DNA of 64,000 bases from Curvularia clavata (GCA_023920165.1 CP089278.1:1984001-2048000); one strand, 5' to 3'; shown: positions 47,801 to 62,143, numbered from the stretch's first letter. Translations and numbers: made by a program. The notes: a model not told the origin generated them from the sequence alone.

Positions 47801-50442
47801 AGTCTATTAATATATTTTAACTAGAATAGTATTATAAAGTCGAGCTAATTCTAATTCTAACGATTTCGGAAGTTTTACTATAAAATCTATTATTACGCTA
47901 TTCTATAGTCGTATTAGTGGCGGTAAGAGTTATAGTAGGCTATAGGGCTTATACCTTTTAGATTTATTCTAGTAATATGCTATACAGTTTTCTAGTATCT
48001 CCTATACCTGTGCCTATAGGCGTAGTATCGTAAACACTTTAGATAGTTACCTAACTATTTTTTTAGTTACTATATATCTATATTTTAAGGACTTATATAG
48101 TTCTTTAATAAGTATTTTTTTTATATTAGAAAGTATATATATACTTTTTCTTTAGACTATATCTTAGTACTTCTATTTATTATTTAATAATTCTTCGGAC
48201 CCTAGGTTATCTAGGTCAAATTGCCAGCTAGCTGTCTTCTTCTACTATTGCTATTACAACGTTTCTACTTACTTAGCTATCTTAGCTAATCTAGCCAGAT
48301 CTGGCTAGTTGTGTCTTAAGCTACTATTAGGTATTTTCTTAAGTACTATATCGTGTGGTTTCTTATAGCCTTTTTTACATAAATTAGATCTTTAGTTTAG
48401 AGCATCCACGGCTCTATTAAGCGATCCTACTCAATATATGATCTTAAAGTCGAACTAAGCTAGTATCTTAGTATATTAGACTTATCTTTAGTTAAGTTTC
48501 TTTATTATTATAAAACTTATAAAATTCTAATAATTAGTAAAAATCTTAATCATATATAGAAGTTCTAGTAGATATACTTTTTATTATTTAAAAGTATTAA
48601 CTACTCTAAGTAGTTTCCTATCGTGAATATTATAATTTAACTCTACTTTATTAAACTTCTTAGAATAGAAGAATACTAGTCTTTATCTTCTATCTAAATA
48701 CTGCTATAATAGTACAGCTCTAAGTGTATAGTTAGACGCGTTAGTTTGAAGTCTAGTTGGTCGCTAACGGTTGTATATCTCTAGTACTAGCGCCTCTAGG
48801 AATATTTACTTAAGCTTATTAAAGACTCCTTATTATTTCTATTTCTATTTAAAATCTACTTCTTTCTTTATAATCTGTATAAGAGGTGCTATAATTTTTA
48901 AATAATTTTTTATAAATTTTTAGTAATAATTTGCTAGTTCTAGAAAAGACTAAACTTTTTTAACTATTATAGGTATCTTCTAGCCCTATATAATCTATAC
49001 CTTCTTTAGATTTATTTTTACCTTTTTAGTTGAGATAATAAATCTAAAGAATTCTATTTTCTACGTGTAAAATTTATATTTTTCTAGCTATAGATATAGC
49101 TTATATTTCTTAAGCTTCCTAAGCACTTTTTTAATATATTTAATATATTTTTTGAGCGTTCTCTTAGAATATACTAGTATATCGTCTAAGTAAGCTATCG
49201 CGAAGATACTAAGGTATTTATAGAGAGCGTTATTGATAACTAATTAAAAGGTCGCTAGTGTATTTATAAAGCTGAATAGTATAACTATATATTTAAATAG
49301 TCTATATTTTATTTTTAATGCTAATTTCTATTTATCTTTTTTCTTGATTCTAATCTAATAAAATCCTTCTTGGATATTAAACTTTATAAATTACTTAGCT
49401 TCTTAGAATTGATCTATAAGCTCTACTATAAATAGTAGTAGGTACTAATTTTTTTAGATTACTGTGTTTAATCTTTAGTAGTCGATATATAGTCGCTATT
49501 TCTTATTAGATTTCTTTATAAATAGTATAGGTAAAGCTATTAGATCTGATTCTAGTCTAATAAATCTTTTTTTAAAATTCTTCTAGAAGTATTTCTTAAG
49601 CTTAGTATTATACTTAGGCGATATTGGATATATATCTTCTAGCGTTAACTTTACTCTATTCTTAAGAATAATCTTGTAATTCTAATTCTAATATTTAGCT
49701 AAGTCTATTACTTTATTTTCTTTAAATAGTTTTTTAAACTGATTCGTTCTATATTCTTTAGGAATGTCTAATAATATATCTTTAGACTTTTTCTAAGATA
49801 AAGGTCTATCTTTCCTAGATACGACTTATTTTAACTAAATAACTCCTACTTGCTAAGGGTCCTTTGTATAGATTCTCGCGATCTTATATAGTGAGATCTT
49901 GCTAAATCTCCTATCCTAAGTTATATACTAATTTGTTAGGCGTATCTTATATTATACTCTAGCAACCTTTCTCGCAGACTTTTAGCTAAGTATCGTCTTA
50001 TTTCGCTAATTAATAGTAGGGTTATAGATATCTAGCTAATTATAACTAATTAGTAGATCTATTTCTTCTAGATCTATAATACTAATACTTATCTGACTTT
50101 TAGTATTAGATATCTCTAGTATTACTAATTCTATCCTAAGTCTTATCGTGTCTTTACTATATACTATAGGCGTCTCTTTAGCTAATATTATCTATAATAG
50201 GTGTTTCTTGTTCTAGTATAGTATACTATACTTCTCTACTACTTAGAGTAAGATTATTATTCGTACGGCACTGCTATCTATAATTGTCTATAGTTTATGT
50301 CCTTATATATATACAGTCGTTACTAACTCTTTTAGACGATTATTAGTATAGTATACTTGTCTTAGAGTCGTTTTAGGACTATCTTTACTAGTGTAACTCT
50401 ATCTCTAATAGTATTCTAGTTTTTTGACGGTCCTCTGGATCT

Positions 50443-50896
50443 TGTTACGAACCTGACAGAGGGGAACAGCGCAAGATATGGGAAGAAAGAAGGATGAAGC
50501 CCATGTCGGGACCTCTTTGAAAGAGAACCATGTTACCAGCCAATGACGCATGAGTAATCACACGTCCCACATGCTTGGCGGAACGCCACCATGGGACATG
50601 TCACGTGTGTCCCACAGAATCCCATACAATCCCACGATGTCCCACGCATGGGACAACGCGAAACATCATGGGATGGTGTAGGACATAGAACACTCACTTA
50701 GTATATAGCAGTAGGCATCGAACCCTTATGGCTCGATGTGTTCAACTTAAGTTACGAGTACAGTACCTACAATACAATAGTTACTGCAGAGACACTTGTT
50801 CATATCACCCTGTTGCTTCATCCGCGAAAATCAACCCAAGAAGATCTTGACACCAGAAGTCTTATATTACTTCCACTCGAGATCATACTCTTAACA
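50443..50896 (+). mobile_element. Un-RIPped solo LTR (454 bp), family B-related (B')
   Basis: Termini TGTTACGA...CTTAACA; TSD GATCT; the 3' ~200 bp match family B LTRs while the 5' part differs. Confidence 0.93.
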
Positions 50897-51217
50897 GATC
50901 TAAGCTTCTTTCCCTTTTTTTTCTACGGGAAATAGCTATAATTCTATTTTGCGTCTAGGTGGATTCTGTAGCTATTGTCCGTGTAGAAGGTCTAGTATTT
51001 GTTTAGATATAGGATTATTTCTTCTAGTATCTCTAGTAGATTAATTTTCTTTATTCTATACATTTTATACTTAATTGTCTAGCATTTCTTTACCGCGATT
51101 ATGTTTTGTAGGTGGTAATCCGCATATCTTGCTGTGATTCTCTCTTCTTAGTGGAATTGGTATTTCTTTATATAGTTAATCTAGTAAAGCTGCTTGTGAG
51201 CTTACTTATGTTCTTCC

Positions 51218-54200
51218 TAGACTGGTAAATGGGCTGGGGCAGGGCTGGGGCAGGGCTGCTAAGAGTTGGGTAGGGGTAGGGCTGGGTCAGATGACTAAGC
51301 AACCCAGCCCTGCTCCTACCCAACTCTTGGCTAACCCAGCCCTACCCCAGCCCGCTTATTAGGCAACCTAGCCCTGCCCCTACCTAACTTAAATGCTAAG
51401 AGTTGGGTAGGGGCAGGGCTGGGTTAGTCAAGAGTTGGGTAGGGGCAGGGCTGGGTTGCTTAATAAGCGGGCTGGGGTAGGGCTGGGTTGCTTAGTACTA
51501 GGTTCTGCTGGGTCTTAGTCATTAGATATATATATACTCCGTATATATTAAAGACTTATCACGCATAATTATTATAGTAGTAAATTAAAAATTAAGAACT
51601 TATAAAACTTTTATTTGACTTCTAGCATATAGCTAGTTCTTAATTATAGCTATCTCTTAATTGTAAAAGCTATTAGTACTTAATACTCTATTATAAAAGC
51701 CCTTAGTACTTAATACTATCTATACCAAGCCTGTTAAGATAGTATCTAACAAGATTCCTATCCTTCTTCTAAATAGTAACTCTCTTAGTATAGATAGCGT
51801 TTATATTATAGTCTAGATCTATTAGTAGCTATAATTAATATCTATAATAATATAATATACTTTTAAAAAATCTAACTAAAAAATACTTAGTAGTCTCTTA
51901 AAAACCTTCTAACGCCTCTCTCTAAATATATAGAAGGTGTCACAGATATACGTCTTCTATAATCTCTCTAATAAGTTTTATAAATCGAGTTCTTAGAATA
52001 AACAGATTAGTAGACTTCTAGAATCTTTTAATCTCTTTTAGTATAATAGCTAATAGTTATTAGTCGCTTGCTATAATAAATAACTATAATAAACTTATTA
52101 CTAGACTTAAATCTGCGCCTCTTAGAGACGCTAGACGTAGATAGTTGAGCACTAGGCGGTGCAGGAGGGCTAGACTCGTCTTCCTCGCTACTTTCTAACT
52201 CTTAATCCTTATTATCGGGCTTAGGCGTAGGCGGCCTATAATTAACTAGCTGCTTACGAGCGGTTTTGCCACCTATACTATAGAATATAGTGCCAGTTCT
52301 ACTATTAGTTAGCTATTACTTATAATAAATTACCATAATAAACGTACGTAAAAGATACAAAATAGCCGCTAGTTAAGATATAGGGCGGGGAGGGATAATT
52401 GTAAGTAGTAGTCCTAGCATTTATTAGCCATTTCTTATAATAAATTACTATAATAAACTTATAGATTTGGTTAGCTACCTTTAGTAGAAAAAGTAGAATT
52501 GCCAGTTATCTAAGCTCCTAAAACCTCAAATTCGTCTTTAAAAGCTTCTAATTCGCGAGATAATAGCAGCTAAGACACCTATCTTTTAGGCGACGGGAGC
52601 ACATTTAACCGTTCTGCCATCTCCTCAAACGACTTATTGTCTGGCCCCCCTACTTTATCTACTACTAATATAGTACGTGATAAATCTCTATAATAACTAG
52701 TAGGGTTGAGTTAAGAAATTTAGTATTAGGCTAGGAAAGTTAGATTTAGATTGAGAGAATTGGTGGACAAATACTTAGCTATAGAGTAGTTAAGAATTTT
52801 AGGGATATATAAGTAGGTGAAAATAAAGATGAAGATAAGTGCACAGATTACCCAGAGTCTTACTAAGGGTCTGCGAGATAGTTAGCAAGAAATCGCCATA
52901 ACTCAACAAAACAGTAATTAAATACTATAATAACTAGCTTGTTAGATAGAGCTACTCTAGGGCTTTCAAATAAGACTAAAATTAAAGCACTCTAACTTTT
53001 ATTATCTAAGATATTGGCTATATGAAAGATATTATTCGCTAGCCCAACGCTAGCGCGAAATCTAGGGCGCACGGACCTCTAATTACCTTAATAGGTAGAC
53101 TATTACTAAACTTCCTACTCTCTCTTAGTAACCATCCCCCCCCTCTCTACTCTTACTATACTAGATATTATATTAGTACTTTATTATAGTTAATAATGCC
53201 GCGTACGCTAGAAATTAAGCGCGAGTCTATAATAGAGGCTGATGGCGACGTATCTAAGGGTCTAGCACCTCTATGCGTTGCCTAAATACCCAAGAACTTT
53301 ACTAAGTAGGAGTAGGTAGATGTTACTAAAGTAATAATCCTAGTCTATTATTATGGTAAATACTAACGTTAGTAGGGCTTTAAAAATAAGTAAGATAAAA
53401 TTAATTTTATTATTGCGTAATATAGATCTAGAAGTTTCTAAAAAAGTCGTCTAACTAGTCTGCGAGTCTAATATTAAAGTTAGCTTAGTAATACAGCTCG
53501 AGCTATTGTATAAAGAGATCTCGCTGCGTCATATACTAAAGAAGAAGCTGCTCTCTAACGCGCTAAAGATACTAACCGCGCTGCTCGGGCGAAATTTCTT
53601 AAGTTACTTAAAGAGAAAGAATAGTATAAGACCGCCAGAGAAGATAAAAAAAATAGAATTATAAAGAGCTATCTTAAGAAGTATAAATCTAAGCGCTTTA
53701 AAGAAAAGCGAAGTAGTAAATTATTACAGTCTTTTATTATAGATATCTACTAATAGTTATTAGCTAATTAGATAGCGTTTGCTCTCTAAGCTATATACGC
53801 GAAATAGTCTAAGATCTAGAATAAGATTAATAAAAGACGGTATTAGCTTATTCTCCAGACTACCTCTAGCGACGCCCTATCTAATATCTCTATTAAGGGG
53901 TTATGCGTTTCTACTCGTCTCTATAGTTAAAAAAGGGTTATTAACTTACTTATACGTAAAAAATATCTTCGAGAATTAGCTAAGCTAAATAATAACGCCT
54001 TTAAGAGCGAGCAAGCATAAGATAAGTAGCTTAAGTTTTATAAGAACTTTTCTCCTAAGGAAAAAGAACTTACTATAGATAGTTCCTAGTAGTAAGTTTA
54101 TTATAGTTTATTATTATATTTAATAACTAACTAGTATAGATAAGAAAAGCCTACTTCTATTCTTAACTAGTTTAATCTAGATACGCGTCTTAAGGATAAT

Positions 54201-57200
54201 AAGCTATATATTAAAAGCTATAGTAGTGACGAGTATAAAAAAGAGGTTAATAATAAGAATAAAATTATAGACGAGGATGAGAATAGCTATAGTAGTGACG
54301 ATAGCTTTTTAGCTCTAGAGAGGGCTGATAGTGCTAAGATAGAGAAGGCTAAAGATTAAGATAAAGAGGCTGAAGAAGAGAAGTCTAAGTAGTGCTGGCT
54401 ATCTAAGTATATCTCTAATAATGCTCTAGTAGTTAGGGTTTAGAGTATTATGCTGGGGTTTATTCTAGCTAATAATTATAGTATAATGTTTATATCAATT
54501 TAAACTTTCTCTTATATAAAACCTACTTTAGATATATATTAAATAATACTAGTATTTTAGATAATTTTAGCTATACTAGAAGCTAGAAGACTTAGAACTT
54601 CCTACTATATCTAGTTTTCTATAGATAATATTTATCTATCTAGTAACTTTAATTTATTATAGTTATTTATTATAGGTATAATCTTTATAATAGCTAAGCC
54701 TTCTATAGAACTGCTAGATATTCTTGCGCATCTTAAGATAAATACTCTATACTAAGATAAAGGTGGTTTTAAAGTTATACTTATATTTGTCTAATATCTA
54801 GTACTTAAAAATAATAGTAATAAAAAGAATAAAGCGATTATTTTAAACTAGAAGAGGTAGTAGAATAAAATACTATAGGCCTGAGATCTTTTGAAGCTAG
54901 TTCTACACTAGGGCTCTTCTTATCGTACGAACTTAATCTGGGCAAACTTTAAAAAGGCTGTAGAGGTCCTAACTAGCTATTTATATATCTTCTGCTTGAA
55001 CTATAGTTATATACTTGCGCATCTATTAGCTAGAAATATTAGTATAAAGCATCTTTATAGATATCGTTAAATCTAGACTTACTAATTTATCTTTTCGCCT
55101 ATATATAATAAGCTATCGAACTCACTCTGCTAAAGTATCCTACTACTAATAAATATTAATCCTCGCGTAATATTAGCCTACTCAATTAAAATATATGAAC
55201 AAGAACTAGTAAGAGTAGTAGTTAATAACTACTGGAGCTTCCGAACACTTAAGCGGCCATTATTTCAACGATTTTTCTAGTTTCTCTAGCCTAACGCTAT
55301 AATTATTAGCCATTATAAATTCAAGCTAGCATTTAAGTTATAATTTGAGAAGGCTTCAGCTAAGCTTCTCAATAATCTTGGCTAAGGAACAAAAATATTA
55401 CTTACATTAGATAGTTAGACTTTAAGTAACTATCTTAGTTTCCTTATAATTAAAGGTTACTATATTAATACTCAATAGTAACTTAAAGAAAAGCTTTTAG
55501 ATTTTATACTAATCTGTAGGAGATATACTAAAGCTTTAATAGTAGATAAAGTTCTAAAACTTCTTTCTAGGAGTGAACTCTAAAAAAAATTGCTATCTAT
55601 TACTTGCGATAATACTAGTAATAATAGCACTTTTATGCAGTCTCTTTAGTAAGGTCTATAATAACTTAGTATAAGCTAGAGTCTAAGTGAAAATACTATT
55701 CCCTACTTAGCCTATATTATCAACCTTATTATCTAGAATATTATCTAGTACTTAAGACTATTAGCTTCTACTAAGTTAGATAATATATAAGATTTATAGA
55801 GATAATAGATTAATGAAGTAGATGCTGATATCTTAGTCTCTAATTTACTTCGTAAGGGAAGAATTTTTTATTATAGTTATTTATTATATACTAACTATAA
55901 TATAGATTAAAGCAATCTATATTATAGTTGACTTATTTTCTTAGCGATACAAACGGTTTCTCGCAATATAATGGGATCTACTACTAAAAAAACGCCTTAG
56001 TATTATCAGTGATGTTAGAATATAATAGAACTTGATATATAATATATATAAGCGCGTAGTTAAGCTTTAGCAATATATTAATAAATAGCTTAAAGATAAG
56101 ATCGCGTTAAGAGTTCCTATTTATACTAAAAATCTCTTAGAGGCTGATAATAATACTAATATTAATTCTCGGGATCTTAAGAGACTACGACTATCTATAT
56201 AAGAATAGTCAAATCTTGAAATAGTTACTAAAATACTTAGCCATTTCAAGACTATAACAATATCTCTAAGTTAGAGTCGAAAATCTTAAATACTATATAT
56301 CTAGCTTATATATAATTAGCTTTTTGATTTTCTTAATTAGGTAGAGATTAATTTAGGAGAAGACTTAGAGAATAGCAACTGGCCACAAGTAGTGAGAGCT
56401 GCGGCAGCGAAAAGGAGGGCAAAATTAAGTAAATACTACTCGAAAACTAATAAAGAGCGTAGCTTCTTATTTAACTGCGCGATAATCCTTGATCTAATAT
56501 AAAAGCTTATAGCCTATAAGATATTATTATAGATATTTATTATAGATAGATACTAATAGAAGATATAGAATGAGATATAAAAGTTTTAAGATAAGTATAT
56601 CTACTAGTAGTAGTTTCTTAATTATCTAGCTCGATATAATAATTAAGAAATTATATAGTTAATACTAAGCTTATTTTCTTAGAGAGTATTAAGTATAGAA
56701 TGGTTTTGAAGGCCTACTTTACTTCGATCATAATTAAGCTAGATTTCTCTTTTAAGCTAAGATTCTTTAAGCTAGGAAATTGAGGAGAGTAGAGAGCTAA
56801 CCTATTAAGAAAAGAAGCTATATCTAAGTAGTTCTAGTATTAATCTATAGGAATATATTGATATTTTAGAGTGGTAGAAAGTAAGTAAGATTACGTATTT
56901 TTATTTCATCTAAGTGGTAAAAGATATTCTAGCTATACTAATTGCGCAAGTAGGTGTAGAGAGAGTCTTTAGTATTACTAAAGAAGTTATTAGTAATTAT
57001 CGATATTAGCTTTTTGCTAAAAAGATTTAATAACTTATAATTCTTAAATTTGCGAATTCTAATAAAATAGAGAGTTTTAATAGAGACTTAGACGAGTTTA
57101 TAGAGGAAGCTATCTAACTTTCTAATAATATTAGTAATTTATTTAAGCTTCTAGTAGGTATAGAGGAGTGTAGGAGTTAGTATTAGAGTTAGAATATAGA

Positions 57201-57658
57201 AGAATCTCTAGAGGAAGTAGATAAGGTAGAGGACGAGTTACCACTTTCTCTATAAAAGTGTGTCCGCCCTACGCGCTATTATAATAGTTAACTATAATAA
57301 ATTCTATTAGTTTTATCTTAAAGTTCTTTTTAAAGCTACTATAATAATAAACTATAATAAATTTAAATCTTGTCTAGCCTAAAGTTATTTATAATCTAGC
57401 TAGACAGGCTATATCTAGCCCTATCTCTACTTAACTCTTTAGTAACCTAGCCCTACCCCAGCCTAAATGCCAAGCAACTCAGCCCTGCTCCAGCCCGACT
57501 CTTAGTAGCCCTAGTCCTACCCCAGCCCGACTCTTAGCAGCCCCAGCCCTACCCCAGCCCGACTCTTAGCAGCCCCAGCCCTACCCCAGCCCGAGTCTCT
57601 ATAGCCCCAAGCCCTGCCCCAACCCAAGCCGGGTGCCCCATACCCATTTACCAGTCTA
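51218..57658 (+). mobile_element. hAT DNA transposon (6.4 kb), RIPped, with additional ORF relics
   Basis: 16-bp TIR TAGACTGGTAAATGGG / CCCATTTACCAGTCTA; dense subterminal GGGCTGGG/CCCAGCCC repeats at both ends. Confidence 0.92.
54680..57290 (+). pseudogene. hAT transposase relic (with introns; boundaries approximate)
   Basis: De-RIPped motifs LTLD.WTS (~55400), ITCDN(A)SNN (~55600), P(C)LA(H)IINL (~55700), DVRTRWNS-like (~56010), and the C-terminal dimerisation motif DILAI(P)IAQVGVERVFS (~56925-56975). Confidence 0.85.
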
Positions 57659-58448
57659 ATTATATTATTAATATAAGTAGAAACTTATTGAGCTTAGAAA
57701 CGACTCTAGCTCACCCACTCGTCTTTCTTCGGGCAAGGGATTAGCTAGTATAGCAAAGTCCGTTATCTTAGAAAGAATATATAGGTCGTAGTACAAGAAC
57801 TTAACTATATAGGCTAAGTAAAAATACGAGAACAGCCTCAAATAGTATATGAGAATTGGCAAGAGATAGTTATATATAATATCTCAGCTTAGAGTTAGAA
57901 TAATTTTAACTTATAGCCATATTCTAGAGATTTATATATAAGAAGTATATATTATAATTATCTTATTTACTAAATTTTCTAATAAAGCTCTAGAAATAAT
58001 CCTAAGAAGCTATTAGACTAAAAAATAATAATACTTTTAATATATCTATTATACGCGTACCTAAAAAGTATTGGTACTAGTTAAATAGTAGATCTTTTAG
58101 TTAAATCTATTATAGAAGGGGCTATATACTTAACCTATCTATTTATAGTAAAAACAATAAGTAAGCTTAATAGATATAGTTAGAAGAATAAAAAGACAAT
58201 AGCTAAGCTAAAGAGCAAATAGCATTTAGTAAATCGGCTAGATAAGATTATAAAAGTAATTTTAGTATAGTAGTTAAAGTATACCAGTATTTACAGAGAT
58301 TTATAGAAGAATACTTCTCTAACTATTTATATAGGCTATATAGTAGTTAAAATATACTAGTATTTATAGAAGTTTATAGAAAGATACTTCTCTAACTATT
58401 CATATATACTTTAGAAAAATTAAGTATCTCTAAAAAAAAACTAGCTCT

Positions 58449-58712
58449 TAGAAATACCCTACTTTTAAAAATACTCTACTTCTAGAAACACCCTATTTCT
58501 AGAAGTATAGAATTCCTAAAAATATTCTATTTCTAGAAACGCTATGCTCCTAGAAACGCTATACTTCTAGAAACGCTATACTCCTAGAAACACTATACTC
58601 CTAGAAACGCTATACTCTTAGAAACGCTATACTTCTAGAAACGCTATACTTCTAGAAACGCTATACTTCTAGAAACGCTATACTCCTAGAAACGCTATAC
58701 TTCTAGAAATAC
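58449..58712. repeat. 18-bp minisatellite (CTAGAAACGCTATACT(C/T)(C/T))n, ~13-14 units
   Basis: Tandem units visible directly; degenerate toward the left end. Confidence 0.9.
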
Positions 58713-59362
58713 TAAAAATATTTTCGTATATTGTAATTTAAATTAGCGTCTAGATACTAGTAGACAAGAGTATATAGATAAAAGAAGATACTAAAATATT
58801 ACTATTAGATTCTAAGAGTTTTTTCTAATTAAGGATTGATTTAGATTACTATAATAAAAGACTATAATAGCTAATCGTAAAATTAGAAAAATATATTAAT
58901 TGCTCTAATCTCTATCTACTCTAGAGACGGCGTAGGAGCGCCGTCTTATAAGCGCTATTACTATAATACTAGAAATATTAGGTGTAGCTTATATATTGGC
59001 CCTATCTAGAATAGACTTAGCATTTGGCTTTAATTGGCTAGAATTACTAGCGATCAGCCCTAGATTACACGCGATTAGCTTTAGTTTGCTAAGATTATAG
59101 AATCCTAGTACTCGACTGAGTATCTGGATTCTACCACTTATCTAACAGTTATATAGGGGTTAGACTATACTTCTCTAGCACTCAATCTAGATTAGGGCGA
59201 GTTAGTAGGTTAGTAGATTAGCGGTAAACCGTAGAGATATTCAGTTCTATACTAGATAGAATAATAGAGTATTAATTTTATTAAGTAGAGACTTTATAAG
59301 ATAATATAGTTTAAGAGTTAACTATAACGAGTATAATAATAAAATTTATCTATTCTTTATAC

Positions 59363-59753
59363 TAGACTAGTAAATAGGTATTGACCTACTTTTCTTCTTT
59401 TATTAATATCTTATCAAAGACTAGTCCAAATCGAGTAATTCTGACGTTATTTTAATGCTCTAAGCTAGCGCATTCTATCATATAATATAAAGCTAAGCCG
59501 TATCTAGCTTAGTTTAAAAGTTATTTAATAGCCTATTTGTGAGCCCTAGGGCTAGATTATGAGTCGGGTATACCCCTATTTTTACTCCTTTTTTAGCTCT
59601 AGTACTAGTACTATTAGTATTAAGCTAAAATAATATATTAGTAATATTTAGACTAGAGTGCTAGCTCTCTAATGACGTTAGAATTACTTAATTTAGACTA
59701 GTATTGGCCAAGATAATCAATAGCTATAGCTAAATACCCAATTTACTAGTCTA
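59363..59753. mobile_element. hAT MITE (391 bp), copy 2, no TSD
   Basis: Collinear with 33431-33821; flanks differ. Confidence 0.9.
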
Positions 59754-61752
59754 CTATAGATGCTTATAGTTAGGGTTGTATTTATCTAGTTTACTTTATT
59801 CTTTAGTATCTAAGTAGAATATATAAAATCTTCTTTTATACTTATTCTAGATAATTATTTTATAATTGTTATACTACTTCTAAGGTGTGTAGATAGTTTA
59901 ATCTAATACCTTATAGTCTGCGCTCTTTAGCTAGGTATAGTAGTATTCTTCTAAGTTATACTAGAATAGCTATTATTCATTTATATAGAATTTATAGTAG
60001 TCTATACTTTTATATCTAGACTAATAAAGTTTTCTATATTCTATTTTATAGCTTTCTCTCTATTTTAATAGTTTATCTCTAAAGTATAGTTATTCTTAGA
60101 CTGCTAGAGCTATAGCTTCTCTAGTATTTAGCCCTATAACTACTATTCTGCTTACTTGAAGCGGGTAGCTATTACTATAATGTGTAGGGTCTCTATATAT
60201 CTAGTATAAGTTTTTTATAATCTATCGCTAGGCGTCTATATCTTTTATAGTCTAATTAGATAGGTTTAGCACTTTTTATTTTATATATTTATCTATTTTA
60301 ATAAGCTCTAAGATAACTATGTATTCTATACTCTTAGCTAGACGTACTTTATTATAAAAGTCTAGATTGCTAAAATTATTATTAGAGGATAGTATAAATA
60401 GTTATAACTTTAGTATTCTAATTCTTATTATTATCTATTTAACTTTATTCTTTAGATAGTCTCTATAGAAGTGTTCTACTCTACTATAATAGAGATATAC
60501 TTTATTATTATAATACTTCTAGTATTTTTTCTTAGAAAGGCTATTTTAACTCTTTTCTTAAGATTTCCTATCTCTAGTCTTTTTTTATACTTTTTCTATC
60601 ATAATAGTGTTGCTATTCTTATTCTAGTTATTATATTATTTCTTAGTATTGGCTATATTAGGATGGAACTGGCGTTTCTTCTATTTATTTTATTTCTAAA
60701 TTCTATTGTTAATTCGCGTAGCTAGCTTAATTAGAGCTTATAATATTTTTAGCTTATTATAGTATACTAGACTGTCTTTAATAATTTCTTTTAGACTATC
60801 TTCGAATACTGTTCGAAGGGCTACGTTATTCTAGTTAATTTGCACTTATAGCTACTTAAACTTAGCTATATAAGCTAAAATAAATATAGTCTTCTTTAGA
60901 TATATAATTACTTTCTCTACTTAGTTTCTAGTATTAATTTCTCTAAAAATACGTTCTATCTCTTTTTTAAAGTTACTCTAATCTATAAATAAGGCTTTAG
61001 TTTTATTTTTAGTTCTTTTAGTTTTTACTAATAATAGGTAGTTCTCTATATATAGTTAGATCTAGTTAGCTACTTTTCTTTTTATATATATACTAGCTAT
61101 AAGAATCTTCTCTTAATTACTAGATATTTTATTAAATTTGTAGCATAGATTAATAATAGTAAAGAATATTTATAGATTATTATAATTTCTATTATATTTT
61201 TTTGAAGTTACTATTTTAAATTTCTTAATAACTTTTTATTTAGTATAGCTATTAGCTAATTTATAAACTAATTAACTATAGTCTCTATTTTAATTATCTA
61301 CTATATCTAAGTCTAGTACTTATATCTAAGATTAGCAAGTTTCCACTTAGAAGTCTCCAGGGTGTATTTATTATCTACTCTCTAAATACTACTAGTTATA
61401 TTAATATCTTATATAGGAGCCGGTCTCTAAATATTAATATACTTATTAGAGTTACGCGATATAATAATATTTTAATTAGATGCTTACTATTAAACTGCTT
61501 ATTAAATCTATAGATAGTTAAAGTATTATATAGAGTTCTATATTAGTAGAAATATATTTACTTAGTCTAGATTCTAGATTAGGGTAAGACTAGTTTCTAT
61601 AAAGTATATTGTAAAGTAGTTATCTAGCGATTTAGTAGTAGGGAATAATAAAGATAGATAAAACTAATTCTATTTAAAAATAGAATAACTAGTATTAATC
61701 TATATATAAAAGGTAACTATAAAAGATACTTTACTAAATTAACTATAATAAG

Positions 61753-62143
61753 TAGACTGGTAAACGGGTATTAACCTACTTTTCTTCTTGTATTAATATC
61801 TTATCAAAGACTAGTCCAAATCAAGTAATTCTAACGTTATTTTAATACTTTAAGCTAGCGCATTCTATTATATAATATAAAGCTAAGCCATATCTAGCTT
61901 AGTTTAAAAGTTATTTAATAGCCCGTTTATGAGCCCTAGGGCTGGGTTATAAGTCGGGTATACCCCTATTTTTACTCCTTTTTTAGCTCTAGCACTAGTA
62001 CTATTAGTATTAAACTAAAATAATATATTAGTAATATTTAGACTAGAGTGCTAGCTCTCTAATGACGTCAGAATTACTTGATTTGGACTAGTATTGGCCA
62101 AGATAATCGATAGCCCTAGCTAAATACCCGATTTACCAGTCTA
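61753..62143. mobile_element. hAT MITE (391 bp), copy 3, no TSD
   Basis: Collinear with 33431-33821; abuts the truncated family A LTR. Confidence 0.9.

Larger units (their letters stand above)
45649..61752 (-). mobile_element. RIP-inactivated family A chromovirus, interrupted by a solo LTR and an 8.5-kb hAT block; 5' LTR truncated at a MITE
   Basis: 3' LTR at 45649-46151; reverse pol/gag collinear with 4806-11209 across 46152-51217 and 59754-61523; partial 5' LTR at 61524-61752. Confidence 0.9.

Noticed and set aside
58449..58712. 18-bp repeats as a CRISPR-like array
   Set aside because: Head-to-tail units with no spacers, in a eukaryotic context; an ordinary minisatellite.
58925..58946. 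GC hairpin AGACGGCG-TAGGAG-CGCCGTCT as a Helitron 3' end
   Set aside because: No CTRR at the expected spacing and no Rep/helicase relic or 5' TC boundary identified.
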